Positions 36,621 to 51,159 are shown, counted from the stretch's first letter. The stretch is DNA of 64,000 bases from Octopus vulgaris (GCA_951406725.2 OX597818.1:129208001-129272000); one strand, 5' to 3'. The notes: generated by a model from the letters alone, not told the origin. Numbers and translations: made by a program.

Positions 36621-38152
36621 TCATCACCATCATCACTTCCAACACCACCACCACCATCATCATTCTTTAAGATGGCAAGCGAGCTGGCTGAACCATTAGC
36701 ATGCCGGGCAAAATGCTTGGCGACATTTCCTCCGTCTTTACGTTCTGAGTTCAAATTCTGCCGGTGTCGACTTTGCCTTTCATCCTTTTGGGGGTTGATA
36801 AAATATGCCCCAGTTGAATACTGGAGTCGATGTTATTGACTTACCCCCTTCCCTGAACTTACTGATTTTGTGCTAAAATTTGAAACCATTATTATTTTTT
36901 ATATCAAGGATGAGGGACTGGCAGACTCATTGAAGTACCAGACGAAATGCCTTGTGGCATTGCTTTTATTGCTTTACATTCAGAGACCACCGAGGTCAAC
37001 TTTGCTCTTCCCACTGAGGTCAACTTTGCTCTTCCCACTGAGATCAACTTTGCTCTTCCATCAGGGTTGATAAAATTAAGAAGCAGTCAAGTACTGGGGT
37101 CACTGGAATTGTCTAAACTTCTACCTCAAAACTGCTGGAGTTGTGCATAAATTAGAAGCTGCTACTGCTGCCACCACCACCATCACCACCACTGCCGCCG
37201 CTACCACCACCACCACCATTACTTTAAAACTAAACTAGTTGTGAATAATTTGAAGAGGGCACTTTGGCAAAAATAGTCATCTTCTACGTTCTCTGTCCTC
37301 TCCACCAGCTTAAAGCCATTATATCCTGTAAAGAAACATCCATCTTCTTCCAGGTATTTAAATTTTCATGGTATGTCACATGCTTTTTTCTTTCTGCTTC
37401 TTCTTCTTCTTCTTCTTCTTCTTCTGCATGTGTGTCTTCTCCTCTTCATAATATTCTATCTCTCTCTCTAAACACACATATATATATATATATATACACA
37501 CAAACACACACACACACAAACATAAATACACATATATCTGTTGGATGAAACCTCTACAATAAATCTGAGGTACCTTACTCAGTTACTCATACTATCTTCA
37601 TCTCTGTCTATCTGTGTCTATCTCTCCCCTCCTCCTCCTCACCCCCTCCTCACCCCCTCCTCTTCCTCCTCCTCCTCCCCTCCCTCTCTCTCTTTCTCTT
37701 TGTCATTACATTCGTCTTCATATTCTTTCTCCCATACACATAAACTCTCTCTTTCCCCCCCCCCACCATTACACTTCAGTTTTCCTATTCTCTTTCTCCA
37801 AACTATCTTACTATCTTCTATTGCGACACCGTCAAGCTCAAATCTCACTCACACTCTTCCTCTCAAAGCCCTCCCCCCTCCCTCCCTCCTCCCTCCACCT
37901 CCCTCCCTCCCTCCCCCCTCTCCTCGTCTCTCTTTGTTTAACACTTACAGTGTCTTTATTTCCTTATTTCTGCCTTTTTTTCCCTTTCTACCCAACTGCT
38001 AATTCATCAGGGTTTTTTTTTTTTTTTTTCCGCACACATATTACTCTCTTACAATCTTTCTTCCTTGGTCTCTCTTGGTTTCATTCCTTTACACTAATTC
38101 TGAACCACATGCATACACCTATACATGAAAATACACCCTCACACACAAACAT

Positions 38153-38200
<48 letters not shown>

Positions 38201-38256
38201 ACTGACAAATCTACTCTATCACCCCTATCTGTTTGTCTGTCTGCCAGTCACTCAGG

Positions 38257-38406
<150 letters not shown>

Positions 38407-39629
38407 CACCTAAATCTATTTCCCTCTCTCATCGTATCTATATCTTTCCCTCTCTTACTATCCTCAATCACTTTTCTATATCTCACACCACTACTCGCAC
38501 CTTTCTATCTATTTCTCTCGGTTCTCTTATTTACAAGACAAAATACATCATTTGACAAGATGAAAAACAAAAAAAAAACAACAAAAAAACAAACAAAAAA
38601 AAACCCCAGAAAAAATGAAAAAAAAAAGAAAAAAATTAAAAAGGTAATGGAGGATGCAATAAATATAAATTTAAAAAAGAATAATTTTTTAAAATTTAAT
38701 TTTTACTACTTTTTTAAATTCGTTCTTTCTGTCTCTCTTTCTTCAATTTCCACCTTCTTTTCCCAACCCCATTTTTTTCCCCTCTCTACTCTGGCTTCAG
38801 GTATGCTATTACAGAGTGGCAGTTCCCCTGATTTTTACCGAAGACAAACTGTCATTGCTGAGTCAAACTATTACTACAAAATACTGTTTTCATAGAACAA
38901 CAACAACAACAACGACAACAATAATAATAATAGTTACTCTTATATTAGTAGAAATTACCATTATCATAAGATAATCATGATTATTATAATATTACAGTTT
39001 ATATGTTGGTACACATGCGTCTCCCAAGTGTCGTAGGAAGTGATTAAGAGGGCTGACTACAGGAAAAGTATCAGGCCATAAAATGCTGCATCAGAAAACC
39101 GTCCAACCCATACCAGCAGAGAAAAGTGGACATAAAACGATGATGATTGTGATTGTGGTTGTGGGTGGCGCCACATCCAAACCACTGGGTCCCATGTCCT
39201 CACTATATGTATGTATATGTGGAAGCATGGAAAACTGGATATTATGGTTATGATTGTAATCTCACACCCACATACATGCACACACAGTTATAAATGTAAT
39301 ATTATTATTTATAAAAAGGATTACATTCCAAGTTGTACCCCGCTGGAGCACTTGTGAAACTACTAGGTTTCACTTGTATGAATATAGATGTTTTATCTTT
39401 TAGGAGAAAACTATCTATACAAGTTGAAATTCTTGACCAAGTATACCAGTCGCAGAGTATGGATGTATCAAAACAAAGACTTTTGGGGTATTATTTTAAA
39501 TTTAATGCCATAAATTCCAGTCTTTGTTTATACGATATATATATATATATGCCCCAGCATGGCTGCGGCCTTCGGGCTAAAACATTTTAAAGGATTTTAA
39601 GGATTTATATATATATATAATAAATAGTA

Positions 39630-39659
<30 letters not shown>

Positions 39660-39671
<12 letters not shown>

Positions 39672-40071
39672 GCATATATGGGTACAGGACATCACCAATG
39701 GTGCAAATAACATAAAATATGTAAACAAATGAGTTAAATATGTAAACAACGAGAAAAAAATGGAAAACAGGATAAGTAAACAGAGAAATGACCCATCATC
39801 AGTTGTCAACTGTCTGTCTATTCCTCATTTTGAGCATTCAACTACAATATGAGTCTTCAAAGACAGTTGCTCCCATAAATTCTCAAATAAAATTCTAAAA
39901 TAAATTCTAAATTAAAATTTAGGATTTATGGAGGGTCAAAGTTGAGAATAAAAGCATGATAGTGAAGACATACAAGGAAACTGAACGAAAACAAACATGG
40001 AGGGTCATTAGACCAGAATGAGAGGAAAATAGTGAAAGCTAGGAGAAACATTTTTTGAAAAGAGAAAAGAT

Positions 40072-40126
<55 letters not shown>

Positions 40127-40283
40127 TGAGAAATATGTCCACTCTTTTGAACGTCTGTTCAGGTTAAGAAAGTTGGTTATGTGAGGAAAAGAAAGATGGA
40201 CAATGGTCATGTTTGAGCAATGAGAGAGAGAGAAAGAAAAAGAGAAGGCAGATAAAGAGAAAAGGAAAGCAGAGAGAGAGAAA

Positions 40284-40339
<56 letters not shown>

Positions 40340-40499
40340 GTCCACTCTTTTGAATGTCTGTGCAGGTTAAGAAAGTTGGTTATGTGAAGAAAAGAAAGAT
40401 GGACAATGGTCATGTGTGAGCAATGAGAGAGAGAAAGAGAAAGAGCAAGCAGAGAGAGAGAGAAAGAGAAAGAGAAAGCAGAGAGAGAGAGAAAGAGAA

Positions 40500-40530
<31 letters not shown>

Positions 40531-40555
40531 AAGAGAGAGAGAAAAAGAGAGAGAG

Positions 40556-40588
<33 letters not shown>

Positions 40589-40810
40589 GCGAAAGAGAGA
40601 GAGAAAGAGAGAGAGCGAAAGAGAGAGAGCGAAAGAGAGAGAAAGAGAGGAGAGAGATAGAAAGAGAGAGAGAGAGAGATAGGAAACGGTGAAGGAAGGA
40701 GGGGAGAAAAAGGGAATTAAAGGATGGGGGAAGAAAACAGTATAGGGTAGAGAGTGGCATTAAAAAGGTGAAGATGAACTTACTTTGAAATGGATGTGTT
40801 GCTTTGAATT
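39660..40810 (-). mobile_element. Family F non-coding repeat with internal duplication and (GA)n expansions
   Basis: ~40130-40270 is repeated at ~40335-40460; homologous to 13280-13790, 4760-4940 and 50715-51200. Confidence 0.75.
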
Positions 40811-40999
40811 AAATAATAAATATGAATACTAAAAGATTTTGTTCCTAATATGCATGTAGAATAAATTAGGTAAAATTCTTACTATCAGAATACAGAACAG
40901 CCACTGTTACAAATTATACTCACACCAGATTAGGCAGACCAATTTTCAATGGAGGTGGTCTTATAACATAGATAAAAGTCTTACATTAAATATAGAGAT

Positions 41000-41177
41000 A
41001 GGTGTAGGAGTGCTGGTGTGGTAAGTAGCTTGCTAATGAACCACATGGTTCCAGGTTCAGTCCCACTGCGTGGCACCTTAGGCAAGTGTCTTCTACTATA
41101 GCCTCAGGCCGACCAAAGCCTTGTGAGTGGATTTGGTTGACAGAAACTGAAAGAAGCTCATTGTATATGTGTGTGTG

Positions 41178-41232
<55 letters not shown>

Positions 41233-41432
41233 CTCCCCCACCCCCCAACATCGCTTGACAACCGATGCTGGTATGTTTATGTCCCCATAATTTAGCGGTT
41301 CGGCAAAAGAGAACGATAGAATAAGTACTAGGCTTACAAAGAATAAGTCCTGGGGGCGATTTGGTCGACTAAAGGTGGTGCTCCAGCATGGCCACTATCA
41401 AATTACTGAAACAAGTAAAAGAGTAAAAGAGT
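41000..41432 (+). mobile_element. Family A SINE, full length
   Basis: Matches the other family A copies. Confidence 0.9.
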
Positions 41433-41639
41433 ATATACTAAAAATGACAGTCAGAAACTAGTAGTAAATAAAGTGGCAACATTGTGCTGGATGCACACCA
41501 CCAACAGTAAATGCAGAGGAATGGGGTGTCTTAACAGCATTCACCTTGCTTGCCTTTGCTGTTCCTGCCACTAGAACCTAGAGGCAAACAAGAATAGAGA
41601 GTGGAAAAGAGCAATATGTCCAAATATTTACAGTATATA

Positions 41640-42056
41640 GGCGCAGGAGTGGCTGTGTGGTAAGTAGCTTGCTAACCAACCACATGGTTCCGGGTTCAGT
41701 CCCACTGCGTGGCACCTTGGGCAAGTGTCTTCTGCTATAGCCCCGGGCCGACCAATGCCTTGTGAGTGGATTTGGTAGACGGAAACTGAAAGAAGCCTGT
41801 CGTATATATGTATATATATATATATGTGTGTGTTTGTTTGTGTATCTGTGTTTGTCCCCCTAGCATTGCTTGACAACCGATGCTGGTGTGTTTACGTCCC
41901 CGTTACTTAGCGGTTCGGCAAAAGAGACCGATGGAATAAGTACAGGGCTTACAAAAAGAATAAGTCCCGGGGTCGAGTTGCTCGATTAAAGGCGGTGCTC
42001 CAGCATGGCCGCAGTCAAATGACTGAAACAAGTAAAAGAGTAAAAGAGAAAAGAGT
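41640..42056 (+). mobile_element. Family A SINE, young full-length copy
   Basis: CpGs largely retained; flanking agtatat duplication (41632-41638, 42054-42060). Confidence 0.92.
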
Positions 42057-42123
42057 ATATCCCAAAGCAATACAACATGACATGTTAGAGTGTACAGTAT
42101 GGACTCTAAGTAGATAGAGATAT

Positions 42124-42535
42124 TCTTTTATTCTTTTACTTGTTTCAGACAATTTGACTGTGGCCATGCTGGAGCACCGCCTTACAGGTTTTTTTTACTT
42201 GAAGGAATTGACCCCCAGGACTTATTCTTTGTAAGCCTAGGTGTTTTTTGCTGAACTGCTAATTACGAGGATGTAAACACACCAACATCGGTTGTCAAGC
42301 GATGGCGGGTGCAAACATGGACACAAAGACACACAACCTAAATAAATATATATATATATATATATATATACAATGGGATTCTTTTGGTTTCCATCAACCA
42401 AATCTACTCACAAGGTTTTAGTCAGCCTGGAGCTATAGTAGAAGACACTTGCCCAAGGTGCCATGCAGTGGGACTGAACCTGGAACCATGTGATTGGGAA
42501 GCGAGCTTCTTACCACACAGCCATGCCTGCACCTA
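42124..42535 (-). mobile_element. Family A SINE, older copy, tail-to-tail with the previous one
   Basis: Reverse complement of the family A sequence with more substitutions. Confidence 0.85.
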
Positions 42536-44166
42536 TCTTACCACACACATCTGCGACTAATAATATGGTATGATTCAAAAGATGAATTTGAAGGTTGTGC
42601 CTTATTGTTATGCTAATAATCAGAATGACACTGGACTGTTTAATCAGGGTTGAGGTGTGAGAGTGGGGATTAACACAACAACAACAACCACTTTCTATAT
42701 ACCATAGAACTACTTAGCTGTGGCTACACAACTACTACAGTTCTATGGTATGCAAGCTAATGAGAGGGTTCTATTTGAGTAATAATTCTTTGGCATTAAT
42801 TCGTTGTGAGTTCAAATTCCGCCGAGGTCGACTTTACCTTTCATCCTTTTGGGGTCGATAAATTAAGTACCAGTTACGCACTGGGGTCGATGTAATCGAC
42901 TTAATACCTATGTCTGTCCTTGTTTGTCCCCTCTATGTTTAGCCCCTTGTGGGTAATAAAGAAATAGGTATTTAAACCAGCCATATCCTGCCCAAATATT
43001 TTGCCTGTCGTGTGCTTAAACCATCGAGATCTGGCCTCTCATACCTACTCTGCAATGTTATTCTAAAAATAAACAATGACATCAGTTTTCAATGATGTCA
43101 TAGCTATGAGATAATACATGATAAATTCAAAACAATGTGGATATTTAAGCATTAAAGTTGACAGAAAAATCTGAATGCTAAAGGGTAAAATTTCCAAAAT
43201 CTCTCTCATATCACATCCTACAGTCTAGAAAAATGGTAGGACACAATAGATAATGTATTCTTAGATCTCCTTAAAAAAGGTGATCCAGGCTGGAATTCTG
43301 AGTGACATCTTTCAAAAGGAAGGATGGTCCTGGTTGGAATACCTTACCATCTTAAACAAGGCAACAGAGAAGACAAATGGGATGGAGAGTCATTGAAGCG
43401 GTCATAGGATGTATGACAAAACTAAAATAATAATAATAATAAAGCTGAAGTGAACTCCCACTTATATTTACTGAAAATAAGACTGGATACTCATGGTTGG
43501 AACGCCTCTGATCAGCTCAGTCAAAGTCGATCTAGAGTTAAGCAACAACATCATCGACACCACTATGTGACAACTACCCCCATCACCCACGCCACTAGTA
43601 ATTCTACTACTACTGTTAATTATTAATGCTACTATTACCACTACTACAACAAGAACAATAACTAACATCACCACTACTGCTACAATACACTGCGTTTGGT
43701 ACTATAGTTACCACTGAAATTGCAATAATTATAATTACTACCAATACCACCACTGCCACTACTAATGTAACAACTACCGCTATTATTACTATTATTACTA
43801 TCATTACCCCTGCACCAACAGTGGCACCAACACCCCCACGAGTGCCACTGCCATCACCACCAACACTGCTGCTGCTGCTGCTACTATTATTTCTACTACT
43901 ACTACTACTACCAACACCAATGCTGCTAATTACATGTTTGAAAACCTGTCAGGAGTCAATAAAAATTTAATAAAACAAGAAATAAAAACAGTAAAATAAA
44001 TAAAATATAAATAAAAATTAAAAAAAGTAAATGAATAGAGTCAAGATGTTTCTGGAAACTGTTAGTAGAACTGACAAAATATTCTGAGAAATAAAAGAAT
44101 AAAAAATGTAGGGGTGGTGGGTGAGGATACTGAGGAAGAGTTGAGAGGTAACAAAATTGAACAATA

Positions 44167-44528
44167 TGAGGTGGTATTAAAATGTTCCTGGACTAGTGCT
44201 GTAGCGCACCAACAAATGGCAGCACAGAGTTGTGTGAGCAGTGAGAGCAGGCAGGAACCTTCATGAAACAGTGTGCCGAGTTACATTGCAGTGTTTACAT
44301 CACAAGTAGAGAATTTTGTGTTTTTGTGATCACGTGTATGCGGTAGTCTGCAATTTTGTTATGGACAGGAACAAAGAGCCAACGTGAAATTTTGCATTGA
44401 ACTTGGGGAAGTCTGCTACAGAGACACTGAGCATGATTCAGCAAGCTTATGGGAATGAGGCAATGGGTCGTACACAATGTTTCGAGTGGCATGGGTGTTT
44501 CAAAAGTAGAAGAATATCCCTGAATGAA
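44167..44528 (+). mobile_element. Mariner 5' end (TIR plus transposase N-terminus), truncated by a family B SINE at 44529-44677
   Basis: TA + tgaggtggtattaaaatgttcctggactagt; EQRANVKFC..LGKSATETLSMIQQAYGNEAMGRTQCFEWHGCFKS. Confidence 0.85.
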
Positions 44529-45531
44529 GGCAGCAAGCTGGCAGAAATGTTAGCACGCTGGGCAAAATGCTTAGAAGTATTTCGTCTGCTGCTACGTTCT
44601 GAGTTCAAATTCCACCGAGGTCGACTTTGCCTTTCATCCTTTCGGGGTTGATAAATTAAGTACCAGTTATGCACTGGTCCTCACTCATGAGTTTCTCATG
44701 AGTTGTGGTTGATGTTTAGCCCCCAGATGAATTCTCACCAAGCAGACTTATGATCAAAGACATTCTCAACATTTTCTTTTAAAAGTGACATATTTTGGAC
44801 TACATTATTGAATAAGATATATCTGCTACTGTATAAAAATAGCATCTTTTTCTAATCATAATCTTTCAAAGAATTTTTCTTGTAATTCTAAAAGGTTGTC
44901 TTTACTCTGATTTGCAACTGGTTTTTGGATTGTTTTAATCTGAAACTTTTAACATTAATGGGAAAATTGTCCAATTCATGCCATAATTATGTACTATAGT
45001 TATGATATAATGAATTTGGAGCACTAATTATGTGGCCAGAGTTCAAATATAACCATGCACTTAATATGCTGCATTACTTTTTGGAAACAAAAACTGAAGA
45101 AGTGTATGCTGATGTATGGAGAAATAAAATATGATGTAAAAACTAATGTTTTGGGCTAGTGTCTTCATCCAATGTCTTTTTTCAATAAGTATCTTGCCTC
45201 AAATGTTATCACTTACAATCACATCTCATAGTAGAACATTACTCACATCTAAATATATGTATATTGTTCAACTGTGAGACGCTACTTTCATTGCTAACAT
45301 TTACTGATATGTATTGACTAACATGGACTGTTCTTCAGCCTGGACATCTTCTGTTCTGTCACTCCTGCATCTCCAGAATAAATTAATTATAAAATATTCT
45401 TTGACTTAAAATTTTTGGTTTGCTTGAGTGACTTTTAGAAAATGATGTCTGTGAAATTGAATTCTTTTCTAGCTTTTATTCAAGTTTCATTGTAACAAAA
45501 CAAAAGTTTTTTTTTTCTGCTGATAAATAAT

Positions 45532-45697
45532 TGGTACAGGAGTGACTGTGTGGTAAGTAACTTGCTTACCGACCACATGGTTCCGGGTTCAGTCCCACTG
45601 CATGGTACCTTGGACAAGTGTCTTCTACTACAGCCTCGGGCCAACCACAGCCTTGTGAGTGGATTTGGTAGACGGAAACTGAAAGAAGCCTGTTGTA

Positions 45698-45744
<47 letters not shown>

Positions 45745-45972
45745 TTCTATGTGTTTGTGTGTCTGTGTTTGTCCTCCCACCAACATTGCTTGACAACCAA
45801 TGCTGGTGTGTTTACGTCCCTGTAACTTAGTGGTTTGGCAAAAGAGACTGATAGAATAAGTAATAGGCTTACAAAGAATAAGTCCCGGGGTAGATTTGCT
45901 CCACTAAAGGCAGTGCTCCAGCATGGCCGCAGTCAAATGACTGAAACAAGTAAAAGTAAAAGAGTAAAAGAA
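45532..45972 (+). mobile_element. Family A SINE, full length
   Basis: Matches the other family A copies. Confidence 0.9.
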
Positions 45973-46042
45973 AAATTGTTTGAAAAAATACTTTCCCTTG
46001 TTCTTTAGTATGACATTATATTGTTACTAGTTTACTAATGTG

Positions 46043-46388
46043 AAGGCACATGGCTCAGTGGTTAGAGTGTCAGGTTCACAGCCACACAGTAGTTAGTTTG
46101 ATTCCTGGACAGGGCTGCGTGTTGTGTTCTTAAGTAAAACACTTCATTTCACTTTGCTCCAGTTCACTCAGCTGTAGAAATGAGCTGTGACGTCACTGGT
46201 GCCAAGCTGTATCGGCCCTTTGCCTTTCTCTTGGATAACATTGGTAGTGTGAAGAGGGGAGGCTAGTATTCATGGACATCTGCTAGTCTCCCATACACAA
46301 CATGGCCCGGACTTGTGCCTCAGAGGTTAACCTTCTAGGTGCAATCTCATGGTCATTCATGGCCAAAGGGGGTTTTTACCCTTTATCC
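46043..46388 (+). mobile_element. tRNA-derived SINE sharing head and core with 2387-2866 but with a different 3' half
   Basis: ggcacatggctcagtggttagag head, gttgtgttctt.ag.aaaaca.ttcatttca core. Confidence 0.7.
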
Positions 46389-46404
46389 TAGTTTACTAAC
46401 AAAT

Positions 46405-46790
46405 ACCTTTAAAATCTTAGGCCGTACTATCACTGAGAATCTCTCCTGGCAAAACACGTCCTTAACACAGCAAGTACTTCATCCCAAAGATTGCTCCTTT
46501 TCTTCAGAATTAGAACATATTCCAAACTTCAACAGCTGCTGACATTCTACAAGACTGAAATGGAACTCACAATGGATGGGATGGTGCTGCTGCAATGCAC
46601 AAAGACATCCTTGACCACACTCAAAGAAGGGCCAATTAAATTACATTGGCCCTCAATCACAAAAGGACATACTCTAGCTTCTCTTGTCCACAGGCAAGCT
46701 GTTGTCTCTCTTACTCTGACCTTTCTGTTGTAATGGCCTGCAAGAACTGACCTGCTACAATCGAAACAGAACATTAACAATTTCAAGCTC
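46405..46790 (+). pseudogene. Old CR1/Jockey-group LINE ORF2 C-terminal relic
   Basis: ILGRTITENLSW..QRLLLFFRIR..QQLLTFYK..WDGAAAMHKDILDHTQRRA..LASLVHR.AV across frameshifts. Confidence 0.65.
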
Positions 46791-46845
46791 ACTTGTCTGA
46801 GATCTACTAAGGTTATGGACATTTCTTTTCCTCCACACTCAGCAA

Positions 46846-46903
<58 letters not shown>

Positions 46904-46904
46904 A

Positions 46905-47135
46905 ATATACCAGAGTAAAAACATAAATGTGAAACAAGGTGGAAAAAGAGTACTCAAATACCAGTGGTAGAGTAATATGCTTTATTTAAAAGCAGCAGAA
47001 AATTCAACAAAACCTGTTACTCTGAGTTTCACGTTCCCGTTCATCGGACAGTTTTTGCTAGAATTCTAGCAAAAACTACCCGACGAACGGGAACAGGTTT
47101 TGTTGAATTTTCTGCTGCTTTTAAATAAAGTATAT
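46905..47135. mobile_element. Penelope-like fold-back insertion in (TA)n
   Basis: Loopless palindrome centred on GAATTC (47061-47066), arms ~46976-47135. Confidence 0.8.
47009..47055 (-). ncRNA. Minimal type I hammerhead motif (CCGATGA core variant)
   Basis: Minus strand: aaaactgt-CCGATGA-acg(ggaa)cgt-GAAA-ctc(a)gag-TA-acaggtttt; GNRA-capped helix II, quasi-palindromic helix III, GUA site. Confidence 0.75.
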
Positions 47136-47526
47136 ATATATATATATATAATATACATACATGTGTGTGTGTGTGTGTGTGTATTCTGAAGAATAAAACT
47201 AAAGTTATTTCTTAGTCTAATATAATGAAAAATATCTGTCATTTGAAAGGTGATAAATTATTTTTTGTTATTTTGGAAGCATATGTATAAATTCTTTTTT
47301 TTTTTTTAATCAAAGTTGGTCTATGATAGAGAGAGAGACAATGGATATCACTTTTAATGTCTGTACCAGACTGATAAGGACTACTGTCCAGCTTGGACAA
47401 CAGTAATACCACAAGTACCACCACCTCTGCAGCCATCACCACCACCACAACCACCATCACTGTCTCCATCACCACCAGCTTTGCATTATTTTTATCAAAT
47501 CACTGAATTTATTTTTGCATATTCAA

Positions 47527-47560
<34 letters not shown>

Positions 47561-48493
47561 GTTATTATTATTATTATTAGTGTTTTCTTTGTAACCATAT
47601 AATTTCATTACATTTCCATATCATCAAGTATTTTTAACACAAAACATTACATCATTATCCTGTCGTAATCATTGTAATTATCAACATTATTTGCAATTTT
47701 TTAATTAATTAAGATAATAGATGGGTTTCGTTAGAGATGAAAATATGAAAAATATGAAAAAAAAAAACTAAGACAAAATAAATAAAATAAACTTTCATGC
47801 ATAATTAAATACATCTCTCAGCCTCTCCTTTTTTTCTGGAGTGGGTGGGAGTTTCACAGAAATGACTTAGTTCCACCAATCTTCTTCAAGTGTTGCACAC
47901 GATGGTAACAAATGAACAGGGAGCCTCAACAGCCTGCTCCATTTGTTAGAAATAACAGCCAAATCTCTCTTAACTTACAACCCAAGATCTTAAAAATGCA
48001 AACACATTGAATAATTATGGTCTAGTGCACCTGAGATGTGGAATTTCATAAAAGGGAAGACAAAAGAATGCAAGAAATACGAAAATAGTGTTGGAAAAAA
48101 CTCATCCTATCCATGTTGGCATTTAAAGGTAGACGTGATAATGATGATGATGATGATTTATTTCGTAATGTGTATGCCTATAAGAAGGCATTAATATAAA
48201 GCTAGGTTTTATGAAGGTTTTGCATATATCAGAAGTTAAAAAAGAAAAAATGTTTGTTCCTGCAGTCCTTTCAGAATTATATAGACAATTGTAGTTTGAA
48301 TTTGGAGACCAGTGTTATAGACACCTAACCAATAAAGTATGACATCACAGAAGAATTGACATCCACCACCAGCACCACAACCATGGTCAGCAGCTGCACC
48401 GTCACCAGCGCCACTACCACAACCAGCATCATTATCGGCATCAGCAGCATTAACATCATCATCATCAGCAGCAGCAGCAGCACCACCACCACC

Positions 48494-48539
<46 letters not shown>

Positions 48540-49382
48540 CCACCACCACCACCACAATCCCCACAACCACCACAATCACCACCACCACTGCCACCACCAT
48601 CACCACTTTCTGCTGCTAGTGCTACTCTTCCTCCCTGCTCCAGCTTCCGTGACCAGGGTGTTTTAATTTGTCAAACCAGGAACTTTTTTTGTCTGCCGTC
48701 AGTTTTTGTAGGTCCACAGTTGCAATGTCGTTTGTCTCAGGCAATAACATGAAGCTATCTGAGTAGTCTTTGCCCTTTTGTGAGGGTATGGACGACTCCA
48801 AAATATAATAATGTCCAATAGGTGTCCCTCATGACAAGCAGAGGCCAACAAAGTCTACTGTGTGCCCAGCAGCAATTGTAGAGATGGGTGAAATATGTCC
48901 ATAAATGTTCTCTTTGGTCAAGACATTTCACACTCTCATAAGAATCAAGGTGTCTGTATCTTATAAAGATAATAACTTCATGAATATCTGTGTGATGGTA
49001 GATTGGCAGAGAGAATAATGCAAAAGGAATATTTGCAGTATTCGTTCTAGCTGTTTACGTTTATGATTTCAAATCCAGTTAAGGTCAACTTTGTTGCCAA
49101 TGCTTCCGGGATTCGCAAGAAAAAATATTTGCTCAGTACCCAAATTGATGTAATTGAGAGCAACCTCCTCCTCACAAGGTTTTTCTTTCGTTCGTTCATT
49201 AACCTCATGCATTTCTTCATCATTTGCAGCCTTCAAAACCATTGCTCGAAGGAGGCATTCCAAAGAAAGAACAAAAGAACTGCTATGAGAAAGAAGTGGA
49301 GAGGAAGGAGGAAAGAGAGCGAGCAAGACAGATACATACACACACACATGCATGCAGACACACACACACACAAATACATACA

Positions 49383-49457
<75 letters not shown>

Positions 49458-50117
49458 TCATATGTCAGAGTGAGAGAATGAAAGAGACTTTGGATACAAT
49501 TCACATTCAGGCATTATATTCCATCCAGGTAGAATCTATCACTGTTAATGCTGTTATTGCTATCCTGTTGTTGATGTTGTTGAAGTTGATGTCATTGCTG
49601 TTATGGCAAAAGTATTAACAGGGGCATGTTTTCAATGACATGTGGCATTCATTAATGCTTAATGATGGATCAATCAAATCCTCCACCCCCACCCCCCACC
49701 CACTTCCAAAAAAGATTCATAAATAAATTATTACAAAATTGAATCACTGAGTCGAGGGGAAGGCGAAGAGGGAGAGGGAGAGGATGGAAGTAGCCCTCCC
49801 TACCACCACCACCACCACCACCACCACCACCACCAATGTTTTGTTGGTGGTGCAATGGCTGATGATGGAGATGATGATGATGATGATGGAGATAATGTTG
49901 GTGACACTCATGATGGTGATGATGCAGAAGTGGCTATTACATTTGGTGAGATAATAATGACAAGAAGGAGAAAGATGGGCAATAAAGGGTTCAAATGCTG
50001 ACTGTAGCCTGGTCATCCCTGAAATCACAGAATTGATGATGATGATGATGATAGTGATAAATGCACACAAACACACACACACACACACACAAATATATAA
50101 ATGCATATATTATATAT

Positions 50118-50512
50118 AGGTGCAGGAGTGGCTGTGTGGTAAGAAGCTTGTTTCCCAACCACATGGTTCCATGTTCAGTCCCACTGCATGGCACCTCGGG
50201 CAAGTGTCTTCTAGTATAGTCTCAGGACAACCAAAGCTTTGTGAGTGGATTTGGTAGATGGAAACTGAGAGAAGCCCATCATATATATATATATAAGTAT
50301 GTATGTGTGTGTCTGTGTTTCTCCCCACCACCATTACTTGACAACCGATGCTGGCATGTTTACATCCCTGTAACTTAGTGGCTTGGCAAAAGTTACTGAT
50401 AGAATAAGTATCAGGCTTACAAAGAATTAGTCCTGGGGTTGATTTGTTTGACTAAAGGCAGTCCTCCAGCATGGCTGCAATCAAATGACTGAAACATGTA
50501 AAAGAAAAAAAA
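50118..50512 (+). mobile_element. Family A SINE
   Basis: Matches the other family A copies, CpG-decayed. Confidence 0.88.
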
Positions 50513-50714
50513 AAGATATAGTGATCATGATAGTGACATATGTAGACATTACTCCCCCACCTTTCCCCACCTGATTGATAACAAAAATATTGGTGGTTAT
50601 GACGATGATGATGATGATAAGTGGTTTGCCTATTGAACTTTAAAATGACAATTTTATGAAACTAACGAAGCTGTATTTGAACTCAAAATCTATTATTCGT
50701 ATTCACCTGAAACC

Positions 50715-51159
50715 ATGGAAAACAGGACAAGTAAACACAGAGAAACAACCCTTCATCAGTTGTCGTCTGCCTATCTAATCTTCATTTCAAGCATTCAGTG
50801 ATAATCTGAGTCTTCAAAAAGACTGTCACCCCCATAAATTCTAAGATAAAATTTCGGATTTACGGAGGGTCAAAGTTGGGAACAAAACAATGACAGTGTA
50901 GACATACAAGGAAACAGTGAACGCTGGGAGAAACATTTCTTTTTTAAAAGACAAAAGATAGAAGAGAGAGAGAAAACATGTGCACTCCCTTAAATGTCCA
51001 TGCAGGAAAAGAAAGATGGCCACATGAGGAATAGAAAAATGGACAATGGTCATGTGTGAGCAACAAGAGAGAGATAGAAACTGACTACTCTATACTGTTT
51101 TCGTTTTCCTTCCTTCTCTAATTCCCTTTTTATCTCTCTCCCTCCTTCACCATTTTCTA

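Noticed and set aside
36990-37058. Three 24-bp units gaggtcaactttgctcttcccact
   Set aside because: Simple slippage within the core of a degraded family B SINE
41640-41712. SINE heads as functional tRNA genes
   Set aside because: A and B boxes are present, but each continues into SINE core and tail with no proper cloverleaf or terminator
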